A program made the translations under genes and the position numbers. The notes under the pieces are model-generated. The model was not told where the DNA came from, made no database searches, and worked only from the letters and a program-made list of their open reading frames with translations. Positions 14,105-26,910 of a stretch of DNA of 64,000 nt are shown here, in pieces. Position 1 is the stretch's first letter. Each line of letters starts with the position of its first letter. The DNA comes from Balanoglossus misakiensis (Eukaryota > Animalia > Hemichordata), in contig CM082579.2 in assembly GCA_040954595.2 (NCBI GenBank), forward strand, positions 14,670,550-14,734,549, given 5' to 3'.

Positions 14105-14256
14105 CAATTTGATCAAATACTGCCTACCGCTGGCGCTGCATATTTGAAGAAATGTGAAAAGATGGCAAGACAGGTTTGGTAAATGTGGGCCCCCTAACTG
14201 AAGCAAAAGCACAAACTTAAAACAAAGATATGAATTTGGAAGAGTTTTATTTAATA

Positions 14257-14384
14257 CATATGAAAAATAATGAAGACTTATGCTTCAAAGTAAGTATCGA
14301 CGGAGTCGAACCGCCAATGCTGCAATGGCATTATACCCATAATACTTTTTTGCTTTTTGCATGAATTTCATTATTTTTCATATG
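14257..14384. repeat. 18-bp perfect inverted repeat enclosing the tRNA-like fold
   Basis: catatgaaaaataatgaa (14257-14274) and ttcattatttttcatatg (14367-14384). Confidence 0.9.
14292..14347 (-). ncRNA. tRNA-like (D-armless, mascRNA-like) structure
   Basis: Minus strand aagtatt-atgggtat-aatgc/cattgca/gcatt-ggcgg/ttcgact/ccgtc-gatactt: 7-bp acceptor-like stem, 5-bp stem with 7-nt loop, canonical T-arm with TTCGA loop. Function unproven. Confidence 0.35.
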
Positions 14385-14517
14385 CTGTGCAGCTAAAGTG
14401 TGGCTAGATGACTAACTGCTGATGTAAAATATCTTGCATACCAATTTGGAACAATTACCCCAAGTAGTGGTCAAACAGAAACAATGCTTGCATTCAATTT
14501 AAAACAAGGTGACAAAA

Positions 14518-14623
14518 GTGGTTGAAATGAAACAATAAGCAAAAACAGTGTTTATCAAACTGAAATAATGTGGTCGAAATGAAACAATGAGCAAAAACAG
14601 TGTTTATCAAACTGAAATAATGT
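14518..14623. repeat. Two-copy ~52-bp tandem duplication
   Basis: gtggttgaaatgaaacaataagcaaaaacagtgtttatcaaactgaaataat repeated with 2 substitutions. Confidence 0.85.
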
Positions 14624-15051
14624 GCCAAAATAGCTCCTGTTGATATTGCACAAAATTAACTGTTGCATTCTACCCTTGAGTTAATTTTTATTTCCAGGCA
14701 ATTATGTGCTTAATACTAAATATTATCTATGGGTACAAACCATCAGTTTCTTAAGTGCAAATCGCAAGAAGCTCCCCCATACAATTTTAGTGTTTTTTTA
14801 AATCAAGCAAGATAATTACATACTGTGTGATAAACTAACTAACTTTACGCGCCTGGGGACAGTTAAAAACCTCGAGCCAAATATAAAATGAGGAAAAACT
14901 GCCCCCTCCCCCGTTGTGAATTTTAAAAGGTTGGGGCTCAAACTAACCAGAATTGTCTTGCCGACTCCTATTTTTCTGTGTACATTTTGATGTATTGTTG
15001 TTACGCGAGATTGAGGATTCGTGTTGATGCGGGAATTACGATGACGAAAGC

Positions 15052-15249
15052 AAAAAATCCATCGGCGAATCAAACGGGCACACGGCGAAATTCCATTACA
15101 CGACGATCCAACTGCGATGAAGAACGCGAACGCGGGTAACGTTGTAAAAAATCCATCGGCGAATCAAACGGGCACACGGCGAAATTCCATTACATGACGA
15201 GCGACCTGCAATGAAGAACGCGAACGCGGGTAACGCTGCAAAAAATCCG
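15052..15249. repeat. ~94-bp CpG-rich tandem duplication (2 copies plus start of a third)
   Basis: aaaaaatccatcggcgaatcaaacgggcacacggcgaaattccattaca...gaagaacgcgaacgcgggtaacg occurs twice. Confidence 0.9.
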
Positions 15250-15674
15250 CAGACAATTATTACACGAATGCATAGCAACAATTATTTTACCCAACCTGAC
15301 ACTAATAAATTACCCAATGATTTTAAATTTCTTATTATTACACCCCAACTAATCATTATACCTTTGTAATATTAACACCGTTTATACACATCCAATAATG
15401 TTTATACCATCAAGTTAATACCATTTTATTATTATTATACCACCAAAACCATGTGTTACCCATTTTTTTTTATTATTACACCATTGATGTTAACACCTTT
15501 ATATATTATACCGGTATTTACCCTCTGTACATGTACAGTTTTTATTTACCACGCGGCATTACTCATGTTTTTATAGTATTTTAATTACTTATCATACCCT
15601 TGAAACCATAATATTATACCCTTGCAGACAGTTTTATTATAGTACCCTTGTGCACAATGTCTTATTAGTCATCA

Positions 15675-15848
15675 TACACCAACCCTTCACCATTTCATTA
15701 GATTATACCATTTTTATTAGCCTAACCTGTTTGTACACCAACCCTTCACCATTCCGTTAGATTATACCATTTTTTATTACCCTAACATATTCATACACCA
15801 ACCCTTTACCATTCCCTCAGATTAAACCATTTTTATTAGCCTAACCTA
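15675..15848. repeat. ~60-bp tandem repeat, 3 copies
   Basis: tacaccaacccttcaccatt...agattataccattttttattagcctaac repeated three times. Confidence 0.85.
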
Positions 15849-16032
15849 TTGACAGCATCCCTCTGGTTTTGATATTGTTATCTGGTGCGGCGTTGTTGTA
15901 GATATTGATTAGACTCCCTCCGGCGATGATAATACCAATGAACCTATTGAAAAAAAAGAATGAATATTATTAATTAGATCAGATCAACAAATCATGGCGT
16001 CGTTCATCCCTCTGGTCACAGGAGCATCATCT

Positions 16033-16810
16033 GGCGTCGTTACAGGTTTAAGTTCATCCCTCCAGTACAGTATAAGGTGGCGGCGTCGTTACAAGTATTA
16101 AGTTCATCTCTCCAGTACAGTATTAGGTGGCGGCGTCGTTACAAGTATTAACTTCATCTCTCCAGTACAGTATTAGGTGGCGGCGTCGTTACAAGTATTA
16201 ACTTCATCTCTCCAGTACAGTATTAGGTGGCGGCGTCGTTACAAGTTTAAGTTCATCCCTCCAGTACAGTATTAGGTGGCGGCGTCGTTACAAGTATTAA
16301 CTTCATCTCTCCAGTACAGTATTAGGTGGCGGCGTCGTTACAAGTATTAACTTCATCTCTCCAGTACAGTATTAGGTGGCGGCGTCGTTACAAGTATTAA
16401 CTTCATCTCTCCAGTACAGTATTAGGTGGCGGCGTCGTTACAAGTATTAACTTCATCTCTCCAGTACAGTATTAGGTGGCGGCGTCGTTACAAGTATTAA
16501 GTTCATCTCTCCAGTACAGTATTAGGTGGCGGCGTCGTTACAAGTATTAAGTTCATCTCTCCAGTACAGTATTAGGTGGCGGCGTCGTTACAAGTATTAA
16601 CTTCATCACTCCAGTACAGTATTAGGTGGCGGCGTCGTTACAAGTATTAACTTCATCTCTCCAGTACAGTATTAGGTGGCGGCGTCGTTACAAGTATTAA
16701 CTTCATCTCTCCAGTACAGTATTAGGTGGCGGCGTCGTTACAAGTTTAAGTTCATACCTCCAGTACAGTATTAGGTGGCGACGTCGTTACAAATATTACA
16801 CTCCCTCCAG
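16033..16810. repeat. 50-bp minisatellite, ~15 copies
   Basis: Unit ccagtacagtattaggtggcggcgtcgttacaagtattaacttcatctct. Confidence 0.95.
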
Positions 16811-17571
16811 CAGCAGTGTTACCAAAGAACCTAATGTAAAAAAAGAATGAAATTATTTTAATAATCTGATTAGGTCAAGTCATCATATTGATAAAGAAAA
16901 CGACAAGAAGAAATCATTTAAAAATTAACGCTGCCAGCACCATTGGTTGGGCCCAAACGGTTCCCATTGTTACCAGGGTATGCCAAGGCTGTATTCTGCT
17001 GTGAATACCAAGATATATGAAAGCTGGTCAAAGGTTACCCCAGGGTCATTGAAAATCGCAAAAAATAGCGTCAAGGACACTGTGGTCTCATTTAGTGATT
17101 ACACTAGAAAAAGTCTACACAGGAGTACAGACAGACAGACACACACATAGAGAGGCAATAAAATATGATGCCCCCCCCAGCCCCGAAAACATCTTGATCT
17201 TATGTATGCTGGCCTGGTACAATAGACAAACCAGCCAATTAATGAAAATTTTGTACAAATACAGAGCTCAAAGTTGCATTTTAGTGAGCCCAAAAGCAAA
17301 TTAACTCAATGTTACGACAAATTTTACTTTTGCCACTCAAAGTTTGCATCGGTGGGGTGGGATGGCAAGTACTCTTCCCTGATACAATAGACAAACCAGC
17401 CAATAAATGAAATGAGGTGAAGAATGAAGGTGAAGAATGAATAACTTTATTTGATTCCATTATCTAAACAAACACATCCAATTAACTTCCTACTCAAATT
17501 TCAAAGTAATCAGTCATAGGTTTTGTAAATCATCATGAGAAATCACCCTGAAACCAAATCAAATCAAAAAT

Positions 17572-17868
17572 CATATAAGCCTAGTCGGGCTCTGCGCTCC
17601 AGCTCAAGGAACCAGTTGTGTGTACCAAAGTACAGACTCAAAACATATGGTGGATGTGCCTTTTCCCTTGTCGCGCCACAACTTTGGAATTCTCTGCCAT
17701 CTGACATTCAACAGGCTTCAAGTCTCAACATTTTCAAACAAAAACTCAAGACATTTCTATTTGTCAAAGCCTACGAACACTGATGTTATACTTTCAGCGC
17801 CTTTGGAAATAACATTGTTATTGATTCTGGCGCTTTATAAATGTTTGTTTTGATTTGATTTGATTTGA
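17572..17868 (+). mobile_element. 5'-truncated L2/CR1-group LINE 3' end
   Basis: Encodes YKPSRALRSS...YGGCAFSLVAPQLWNSLP...FKQKLKTFLF, typical of L2-group ORF2 C-termini, followed by a short 3' UTR (gcgcc...ggcgc) and a (tttga)n tail. Confidence 0.85.
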
Positions 17869-17869
17869 T

Positions 17870-19355
17870 CCCCCAAAAATATACTATTCAATTCATCAAG
17901 TTGATTTGAAAAACATACATGCAAATCTTACTTGAGCTACCCCTAACATGACTAACAAATTTTAAAGCAATGGAACAAGCGGTTTTAGAGAAAAAAAATT
18001 AATTAAACAAGGCTGAAATTGCTCCAAAATTATCAATATGCAAATTTTGCAACATTTCAACAAAAGTATTGTAACTCATATCACCTACATGAAGCTTCAT
18101 ACTAAATTTTTTTACCACAAATGAGGAAAAAGGCAAAAAATGCATAAAATAGAACATTCAAACTATTAGTTAAAAAAATACAGGATTGTATGTGGTTGAC
18201 ATAAGGTACTTGCATACCAATTGTCAAATCAATCTGTAAATTATCATGAGAACAAACCCTGAAACCTTCAAATCAAATTTCAAAGCAGTGGGGGTAAAGG
18301 GGGCACAGTACGATATTTTACCCACAACTCTCCATGATTTGTATCATCGAGATTGTCCATTTAATTACTTTCTGTTTTAGATACTAACAATGATATGAAG
18401 TACATATAACTGTATTAAGATTTATCTAGAAAAAGTATGTTGAGGAATTAGAGTGAAAATTTCAAAATCAAGATTTAAAAGCCATAGAAATCAAAGTATT
18501 CATTCATGTACGTCAAATGTCACACTTAGGAGGAAAGAAGCAATGACTAACTGAGGTGGCCAGTCTCTGTTTAAAGTTAACATGTAAATTTCCATTGTTC
18601 TGTCTATAGAAAAAAATCAATATCGTTTTGTTTGATTAAACAAGTGTTTCAAGTGTCCCTGTTTTACTTCAAACTTTTTTGTATCGGCTGGCTATGCAAT
18701 TGCTTATTTTATAAAATTTGTATCTCCTCTTTCAATAATGCATGATTTTGTTTATCATTTGAAATGGTAATTGACAATAAGATTCGCCTTTAAAGCATGC
18801 TCTCAAAATTTGTATTAGTGGTCTACAATTTTCTCTACACATGTGAACTTTGCCTGGTTTGACCGAGTAATCGCTGGTTGTACAAACCAGAGTGATTCAT
18901 GGGATATTTCACGTACTGTGGGGGGTTCTGAGAAGAGTTTTGACCAAAAATGGCAAAAATCATCCCAAAAATATACTATTCAATTCATCAAGTTGATTTG
19001 AAAAACATACATGCAAATCTTACTTGGGCTACCCCTAATATGACTAACAAATTTCAAAGCAATGTAACAACCGGTTTAAAAAAAAAATTCAAAAACGGCC
19101 GAAATTGCTCCAAAATTATGAATATGCAAATTTTGCAACATTTTAACAAAAGTATGCTAACTCATATCACCTATATGAAGCTTCATACTAAATTTCAAAG
19201 AAGTCGTCTCATCAATTTTAGAAAAGTAGATGTTTTACCAAAAATGAGGAAAAAGGCAAAAAATGCATAAAAATAGAACATTCAAACTATTCAAAATACA
19301 GGACTGTATGTGGTTGACATAAGGTACTTGCATACCAATTGTCAAATCAATCTGA
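17870..19355. repeat. ~370-bp direct duplication (17870-18235 vs ~18960-19355) separated by an unrelated insert
   Basis: Both start cccaaaaatatactattcaattcatcaagttgatttgaaaaacatacatgc and stay collinear. Confidence 0.8.
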
Positions 19356-19700
19356 CCAGTGGTTTTGACCAATTTCAAATTTTCCCAGCTAATTTGCATT
19401 TATTTAACAATTTCAACTGAATATGGCTGCCAGGTCAAATGACTGATTTGAATTTCAAGGTGCACACTCATTGGCAAGGACAACTGTGACAAATTCAAGA
19501 AGCATAGGTGTGGCAGGTTTTCAGAGCAAGGTGTAAAAAATATCCAGGGAATGGGGCCCAAGCTCCTAAAAACCCAGCACAATACCAATAGGGACTCATA
19601 TTACTAACAAAGTGTAAGCCTGTAATAAGTCAAAAGCTGCACATCTTTTTACCACCTCGTGCCAGTACTAAGCAATAAGACTTTTTATAGAGTTGTTTAA

Positions 19701-20433
19701 GGTGGCACTGCATGAAACCGTAGAGACTTTTTCAGAGGCCTATTTCTCATCAAAGACAAAGTTTAAACCCCCATAAACCATATATATTCTGGAAGCTGAG
19801 ATTTTGAACTTTTGTTTGAGTTGCAAATATTATTGATCCCCGGAAATGGTGGCGATTTTGGGCGAAAAAAAACATTTTTTGATATTATGTCATGAAATTT
19901 AAAATAGGTAAAAAAGTTGACCATGCATCATGCATCTTAATATGTCATTCGAAACTCAAGTACACGTGCAAAAAAACGCTAATTTTGTTTTGCGTTATCT
20001 GCTTCCATTGAGGAGTAACAGCGTTTGAAAGTTAGATTTTCTGAAAATTTGATCAAATTCACAGTGAGTTGTATTGAATCAGAGTTTATTCCCGCCAGGG
20101 ACACTTTATCGACATACAAAACTAGCGTTTTGTTGGATGGGTCATACACAATTCCCTGTCAAAATTTGAGCAAATTCGGCCAATGCAGGGCGAAGCTATT
20201 TTAGTCCGAAGTTGTCAAAAGCAGCGAAAATGCAAACCGAGAAAAACGGCCATTTGCATTGTTGACACCTATTTGTTAAGCTGTGAACTCATTCAGAAAA
20301 GTGCTATTTGGGGGTGATTGTGCACCATTTCCGCCAAGACGTATTAGTCAGGATGTGGGTGAGTATTAGGCCTACCGATTTACGTAAAAAAGTAAAATTT
20401 GGCAAAAATCACAACTTTTCATGCAATGCCACC
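19701..20433. mobile_element. MITE with TTAA TSD (Kolobok-like)
   Basis: ttaa|ggtggcactgcatgaaa ... tttcatgcaatgccacc|ttaa; 17-bp TIR with one mismatch. Confidence 0.85.
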
Positions 20434-22130
20434 TTAATTGTCTCTGCTGATGCCAGAGATTGAAAAAGAATCCTACAAGTTAGGATTTTCAGAAACAATG
20501 ATAGCTATTTCTATTACTGTTTGTAAACAAAAATGTGATGTTCACCGCCTTGTTTTCAGAAAAGTATTTACATAAATGTTTTTCCATAGAGTTAACACAG
20601 ACATTGGCAGCCATCTTGAATTTCAAAAACTGCAACAATATCTCCAATGCAACAAATCTGCAAATTGTACTATTTGACACCTGACTTAGGTCAAGGGGTT
20701 TCAGAGATGATGACTACTCTTCAGACTCAGACAAAATAATAATGCAATATTCAGCGGAATTTCAAAAGCATTGACTAAGATCACCAAGGGACAATTCATA
20801 CCAAAGATCAAAACAATTAGACGTACCTATTTTAAAGATCATTATGAAAACTTTACAGATTCGGTTATAATGTAAATAAAAGTAGATCACCCCTGTGGAC
20901 ATGGCAATCAGACATGCATATTCTGACAAGATTTTTTGTTTGTACAAAAAGGCAACTGTCTCCAAAATACAAAATTACAGATTATGTCATATACCTCAGG
21001 GAGATCAATACTAAATTTCAGAGAAAATTTCCCCCCAAATATGCAAATTTCACCATATTTTGAAGAAACAACTTGTGTCATACCTAGAAACCTGCATAGT
21101 CAAAGTAATCTACGAGCTTAGCTTTTTTCTTCCAAAAACAGCAAAAAACTTGTTCCAAACTACAAATATGCAGAATTCAACACAATTTGAACACACATTA
21201 CTTCGCCACCCCAAGAAACCTGCACACCAATTTTAAAAGCACTTGCGCCAGTGATTTCAGAAAAGAAAAATGTTGACAGACATAGGATGACTGAACATCT
21301 ATCTACCTGTCAGATAACTTTTGCAGTGCTGAGAGCAGAGCTAGAGATTGGTGTTGTCTTTTTACATTTTAAATCATCACACTTTGCTACTCAAAGCTAC
21401 TATTCTGCTATGCTTGAGAAATGACTTGGGACCATTTTTGGCAAACAATAGTCACTAATCTTCCTCAGTTTATAGTACAATGTACCTACACTGTTTTAGT
21501 AATGTACTGAAAATGTTCAGACTATTTCTTGTGTCTGCATATGTCTTTAGTACAGAAGAATAATCTATCCGGTTGTCATTTCTCTGTTTATTCAGAAATA
21601 AACTAGTCTGGGTTGCAACAGTAAAAATTTTAAAATATTCATACCCTTTCTGAAGGATGTTCAAAACCAATACCTATGTGAAGCATTATATCAAATTTGC
21701 TGGGTAACTGTGGATTTATAACTTTTGCTAATTACAGTGCTAACTCACACTGGATGATTCGACGGTAATTTTAGATTCATATGAAGATTTTTTACCAATA
21801 ATGTTGAAAAATACAAACAAATGCATCAAAAATAGAAAATCAAAATTAGCTCAAAACATACAGGACTGTATGAGGTAGGCATGAGGTACTTGCATACCAA
21901 TTTCCAAATCAATCTGACCAGCAGTTGTTGAATTTTGCGAGTTTTGACCAATTTCACATTTTCCAGCTAATTTGCATATATTTGGTAATGACATTTTCAT
22001 GTTAACAAACTCCAATCTACAGCCCAGCCTGCATCTGCACACCAAATATCGAGGTGATATGCACAACGGTTTTCAAGTTTTAGATGTGGACGGACATACA
22101 GACATACATCCATACAAACAGACAGACATA

Positions 22131-22328
22131 CTGTAAAACACTTTATTTTCGCGAGCAATTAATTTTCGCCAAATACGCGAGAGCCAAAATAACGTGAAAA
22201 TAAAAAGTCGCGTAAATTGTTTTTGAAGATAACGATGCAGTGAATGAAATAAGAGAACGCGAAAATTAATACTCGCGAAACAGTGGCCTCTCTCGATATC
22301 GCGAAAAATTTAACTCGCGAAAATACAG
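22131..22328. mobile_element. MITE with TA TSD (Tc1/mariner-type), inserted in the microsatellite of a Helentron-like copy
   Basis: ta|ctgta...ttttcgcgag ... ctcgcgaaaatacag|ta, with internal cgcgaaa repeats. Confidence 0.75.
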
Positions 22329-25300
22329 TACATCCATACATAAATACAGACGCAACTGATTCCATAAGGCCCATGGTACATACCATATGGGACCTAAAAA
22401 CTGCAGAAGCTACACAAAACATTAATACTGAAAACATGGCAAACAGTTGTTGCTAACGGGGTTTTAAATCTCCCTTATAGATATTTTTGAACTCCCAATT
22501 TATGATTATTGACTGTTTGATTGATTAGATGTTGCACAAATGATAGTATTATCAAAGTAAATAATATCTGTGAGAAATTTCTTTTCATATTTATTTGAAT
22601 ATGGATAGGGTAAGATGGGGGTTAAACAAAACTACATTTGTTCAAAAGTGGCAAAAACACAAATATGCAAAAATCACTATAATTGTACACCATCTTACTT
22701 AAATCACTACAAGGAACATTCCTGTCAAAGTTCAAAGCAATCTGACAAGCGCTTTCAGACACAGCGAATTTGATAACCATCTACAAATATATTTTTATTT
22801 TTTAAACAATTCTTTTACAACACCTTACTTGGGTTACCCCCCTAGGAATCTGCATTCTGAGCAAAAATTACAAAATTGCTCAAAATTATAAATATACCAA
22901 TTTCACAACAATTTGCAATTTGAACAAAAACTATGGCTTTCAGAAAGGAAGATTTTTCTTTACCAATAATGCAGTAAAAGACAAAACAATAAAAATAGAA
23001 AATTCATAATATTAGCTCAAAACAAAACATACAGGACTGTATGGCATTTATTGACATTTATAAGAATATGGACAGGGTATGATAGGGGGGGGGGGAATTA
23101 TAAATTCCAAGGGGGTCATCAATTTTTTGTCATAGCTTTTTGGGGCCATAGAAAAAATAACCTAAAAAGTAGGAAATCCTACGTCCCCCTAAGCTTTCAT
23201 TCTGGCCAACAACTTTTTATGAAGGCTTCTGCAGTTGTTAAAAACAGATTGCCTGCTATGTTAGACTATCAATCTATAGAGGGGATGAAAAATGTCCTTT
23301 TGTCAAGTGTCTGGATTTTGATAACTTCAACAGGTAAAAATATATTTGTAGATGTTTATCAAATTCGCTATGTCTGAAACAGTATGCTTGCAAATGTATT
23401 AATATAGTCAGATAATATGAATAGTGAAGATAGCAAAACAAACAGGTTTATGCTTATAGCCATAACTTCTATTAGTGATGTACATGTTGTACTTAGCAAA
23501 TAATTGTTATGATCAACTTGGTTTTTATTGCACAAGATCTTTTTATTGCATCCATGTTTCGTTTCATTCTGGATAATAGTCTGTCTAAATAAGTTAACAG
23601 GCTTGATGAGGGTTATTTTAAACAGTGTTCTCAAAAAACCTGCAATGTCATGCCCTATATTTATAAAGTTGAGGAGAGGTTGTATTCCTAGCAGGATGTT
23701 GAAATCATTGGAGGACAAACCCTGCCAGTACCAAAAGTTGCTGGGTGTTATAAATGTTTGAGTAACCCCCCCCCCCCCCTTCCCCAATAACACAATATAT
23801 ACTAAAACATTTTTACAACATCTTACTCAGTTTACCCTTAGGAATATGCCTAGCAAATCAATCTGGCATGCAGTTTTAAAGAAAAAAAAAATGACCAAAA
23901 GTGGCAAAAATTGCTCAAAATTAAAATATGCAAATTTTTTAACAATTTGAACAAAACTTTGGTTACTCAGACAACCATTAGAAGCTTCATACTAAAATTC
24001 AAAGAATGAGGCCTATAACTTTAAGAAATGATGATTTCTTTACCAATAATGTGGAATAATACAAAAAATGCATAAAAGATTTTTGGCATAAAAAATTAAA
24101 AATCGATCATATTAGCTCAAAACATACAGGACTGTTTGAGGTAGACATAAGGTACATGCATACTGATTTTCAAATGAATGTGACCAGTGGTTGTTGAGTT
24201 TGAGTTTTGACCAATTTCACATTTTCCTAGCTAATTTGCATATTTTTGGCAATGACAGCTTCATTTGAACAAACTCCAATCTTCAGCCTGGCCTGCATCT
24301 ACACACCAAATATCGAGGTCATATGCCCAGCGGTTTTCAAGTTTGTGATGTGGACGGACATACAGACATACATACATACATCCACCGATATCATAAGGTC
24401 CCATGGTAAAGCAAATGGGACCTTACAAAACTATGATAACTCAGATCACCTATGAAGCTTCATACTAAATTTCAAATAAGTCAGCTGATCAATTCCAGAA
24501 AAGCAGATTTTCTACCGATAATGTGGAAAGAGACAAAAAATACATAAAAAATCGAAAATTCACATTAGCTCACAACATATAGAACTGTGTGAGGTTAACA
24601 TAACTTACAGGAATACCAATTTTCAATTTTGAAAGCAATTTGCTCAGTAGTTGTCGAGTTCCCGAGTTTGGACGAATTTGACACTTTCCCAGCTAATTTG
24701 CATATTTTGGCAATGACAACTTCATTTTGACAACTCCCACTTAATGCCCTGCCTGCATCTCCACACTAAATATCAAGGTCACATGCCAGTGGTTTCCAAG
24801 TGTTTGATATTGATAGACATACAGACAAACATCCATACAGACATCCATATATACAGGTGCAACTGATCCCATAAGGTCCCATGGTATAAATACATATACC
24901 TGCACCAAATGGGACCTAATAATTCTGATAAAATGCCTACATAGTAAGTTTAAAAACCAATTGTACCTTCAACGTCCTTGGACAACAATGGCTAATATTA
25001 CTTGCCAAGGGCGACTAGAATTTTGGGGGCCTGATGCAATTCTGATACATGTACTTCATGATTTAGAGATATTGTGAAAATCCTGTCAACCGAATTACAG
25101 GGAAATCAGATTTTCCATGTAAAATCATATCACCCAAAAATGTCAAGTGTCGAAAATAATTTTGAAACAAAAAGTCTACTCAAAATCATACCAAAATTTA
25201 CATTTTAAAGCAGTACGTTAGGCAAGCAATTTGAGAATGAAGAAACTTACAAAAAAATTATAAATTGAAAATAACTTACAAATGCCGTACACAAACTTAC

Positions 25301-25616
25301 AATCACTACCATATTACTGTACAAGTTAAAAGGACATTGTACCAGCAGAGACATTGCGATCGAGCAATCCCCAAGATATACATGACATGGTCTAATTACA
25401 AATATTGAATATGTAAAATAGGTACACAACACTTCCATTCTTTCAGTACAGTCAGCTGCTTGTTAACAATAGGCATGTAGCTATTTCATCAAATTTACAG
25501 CCCAAGTCATGCCTATACAATTCTCCCTTAAGCTACCCTAAGTGAGTGATGAAAATCTCATATGGTCGACAATTGATGGCCGATTTTTGCCATGTTAAAG
25601 AAATGGGAGTTCATAA

Positions 25617-26403
25617 GGCTGCATTCACAAACACCTCTGGAGAGGGGGGGGGGCAGGAGAATTGAGCGGGGGGGGGGGGGATTTGAAAAATTGAAGGTAT
25701 GTAAGGGGGGATTTGAAATAATTTAGGGACTGAAAGGGGGGACTTGAAAACTTTGACGACTAAATATTTATTTTGAGTCCACAAAAATGCAGTTTCGCGC
25801 CCTTTATTTTACACCCCCTCCCACACCCACCCCCCTCCATTCATCAACACCTTTCAATCATTAACTGGTTTATCTAGTGTCCCATGTCAGGGGACTTGCC
25901 CCCACCCCATGATAACTTTGAGCGGCGACGGTTAAATTTATCCTCCCCAACATACTGGTAGTTGAGTTAATTTGCTTTTGCCGGGTTCATAAAAATGCAG
26001 CTTTGAGCTCTGTATTTTATAAAATTTTCTTACGTGGGAGGGGGACACCCCTTCCCACACCCACCCCCTTCACTTCCCGGTTTACAATGTCTCCCAACAC
26101 AGAATACAAATACTTAAAAAATAAAAACCATGTTCAGTTTTAATACCCACTGATGAGGGGAAACATCAGTTTCAAAGTCTTTTCATGGGAGCGCTGTTTT
26201 TCTTTTTTACAAGATAGATAAGTGATGTGTTTTGCTCTGTGAAAGAAAATGGGGGGGGGGGATTTTAAAATTTTGGCAGTTCAGAAGGGGGTGGGGGATT
26301 TGAAAATATTTCGGGTTGTGTACAGGGGGGGGGCATGTGAAAATTAGCAGTAAAAAAATTGAATTCTCCCCCCCCCCATCCAGAGGTGTTTGTGAATGGA
26401 GCC
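25617..26403. mobile_element. MITE with TAA TSD (PIF/Harbinger-like)
   Basis: taa|ggctgcattcacaaacacctctgg ... ccagaggtgtttgtgaatggagcc|taa; empty site with a single taa at 32918-32920 in the paralogous block. Confidence 0.9.
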
Positions 26404-26837
26404 TAAGCTAAAGCTAAAGTGATAATGGGTCATAACAGACAAAATAACAAAATGTGAAAAACATTTAATGAGTTTAATATGCTAACTACGGAGACAGACA
26501 TGTTTGACCAAAGCATGAAATACACAAAATGTATCATTTCTTCCACCTCTTACTACAGTGGGTTGTAGACTTTTCGCCCAGAATGCAATGTGATTTGACC
26601 CCCTAGCGCAAAGTGAAAACCTATTTAAGGCAGCCAGAATTTTCTGCATAGTATGACGGAAACATTTGTAAAGTCATGGCTAGCGTGGGCTGGTAAGTTT
26701 ATATGGGGCTCTCCATGATAACCAGTTGTGGCTTAATACCACCACCATAATTTTGAAAGGGCGACTTCACTATTTGATGGGAAAAGGTAGCCTTTACAAA
26801 CAAGCTATGGAGCATGTATACAGCAAGTTGTGCTTAC

Positions 26838-26910
26838 CGGAAAGCGGTCTTGGATCAGGCCTAGGTATTCTCTTCCTCCTCCGGCATACGTTGAAATGCT
26901 GTGTTTAAGA
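26838..26910 (-). other. Putative 73-nt micro-exon A
   Basis: Branch-like tactaat, acceptor ttcacag|, donor |gtaagc; identical to 33574-33646. Confidence 0.6.

Noticed and set aside
14292-14347. Functional tRNA-Gln(TTG) gene
   Set aside because: No D-arm, A-box or variable loop, and the loop lacks U33 and purine 37; kept only as tRNA-like.
21645-21673. Possible 29-nt minus-strand exon (cacatag|...|gtatga)
   Set aside because: Weak polypyrimidine tract and no paralogue or other support.
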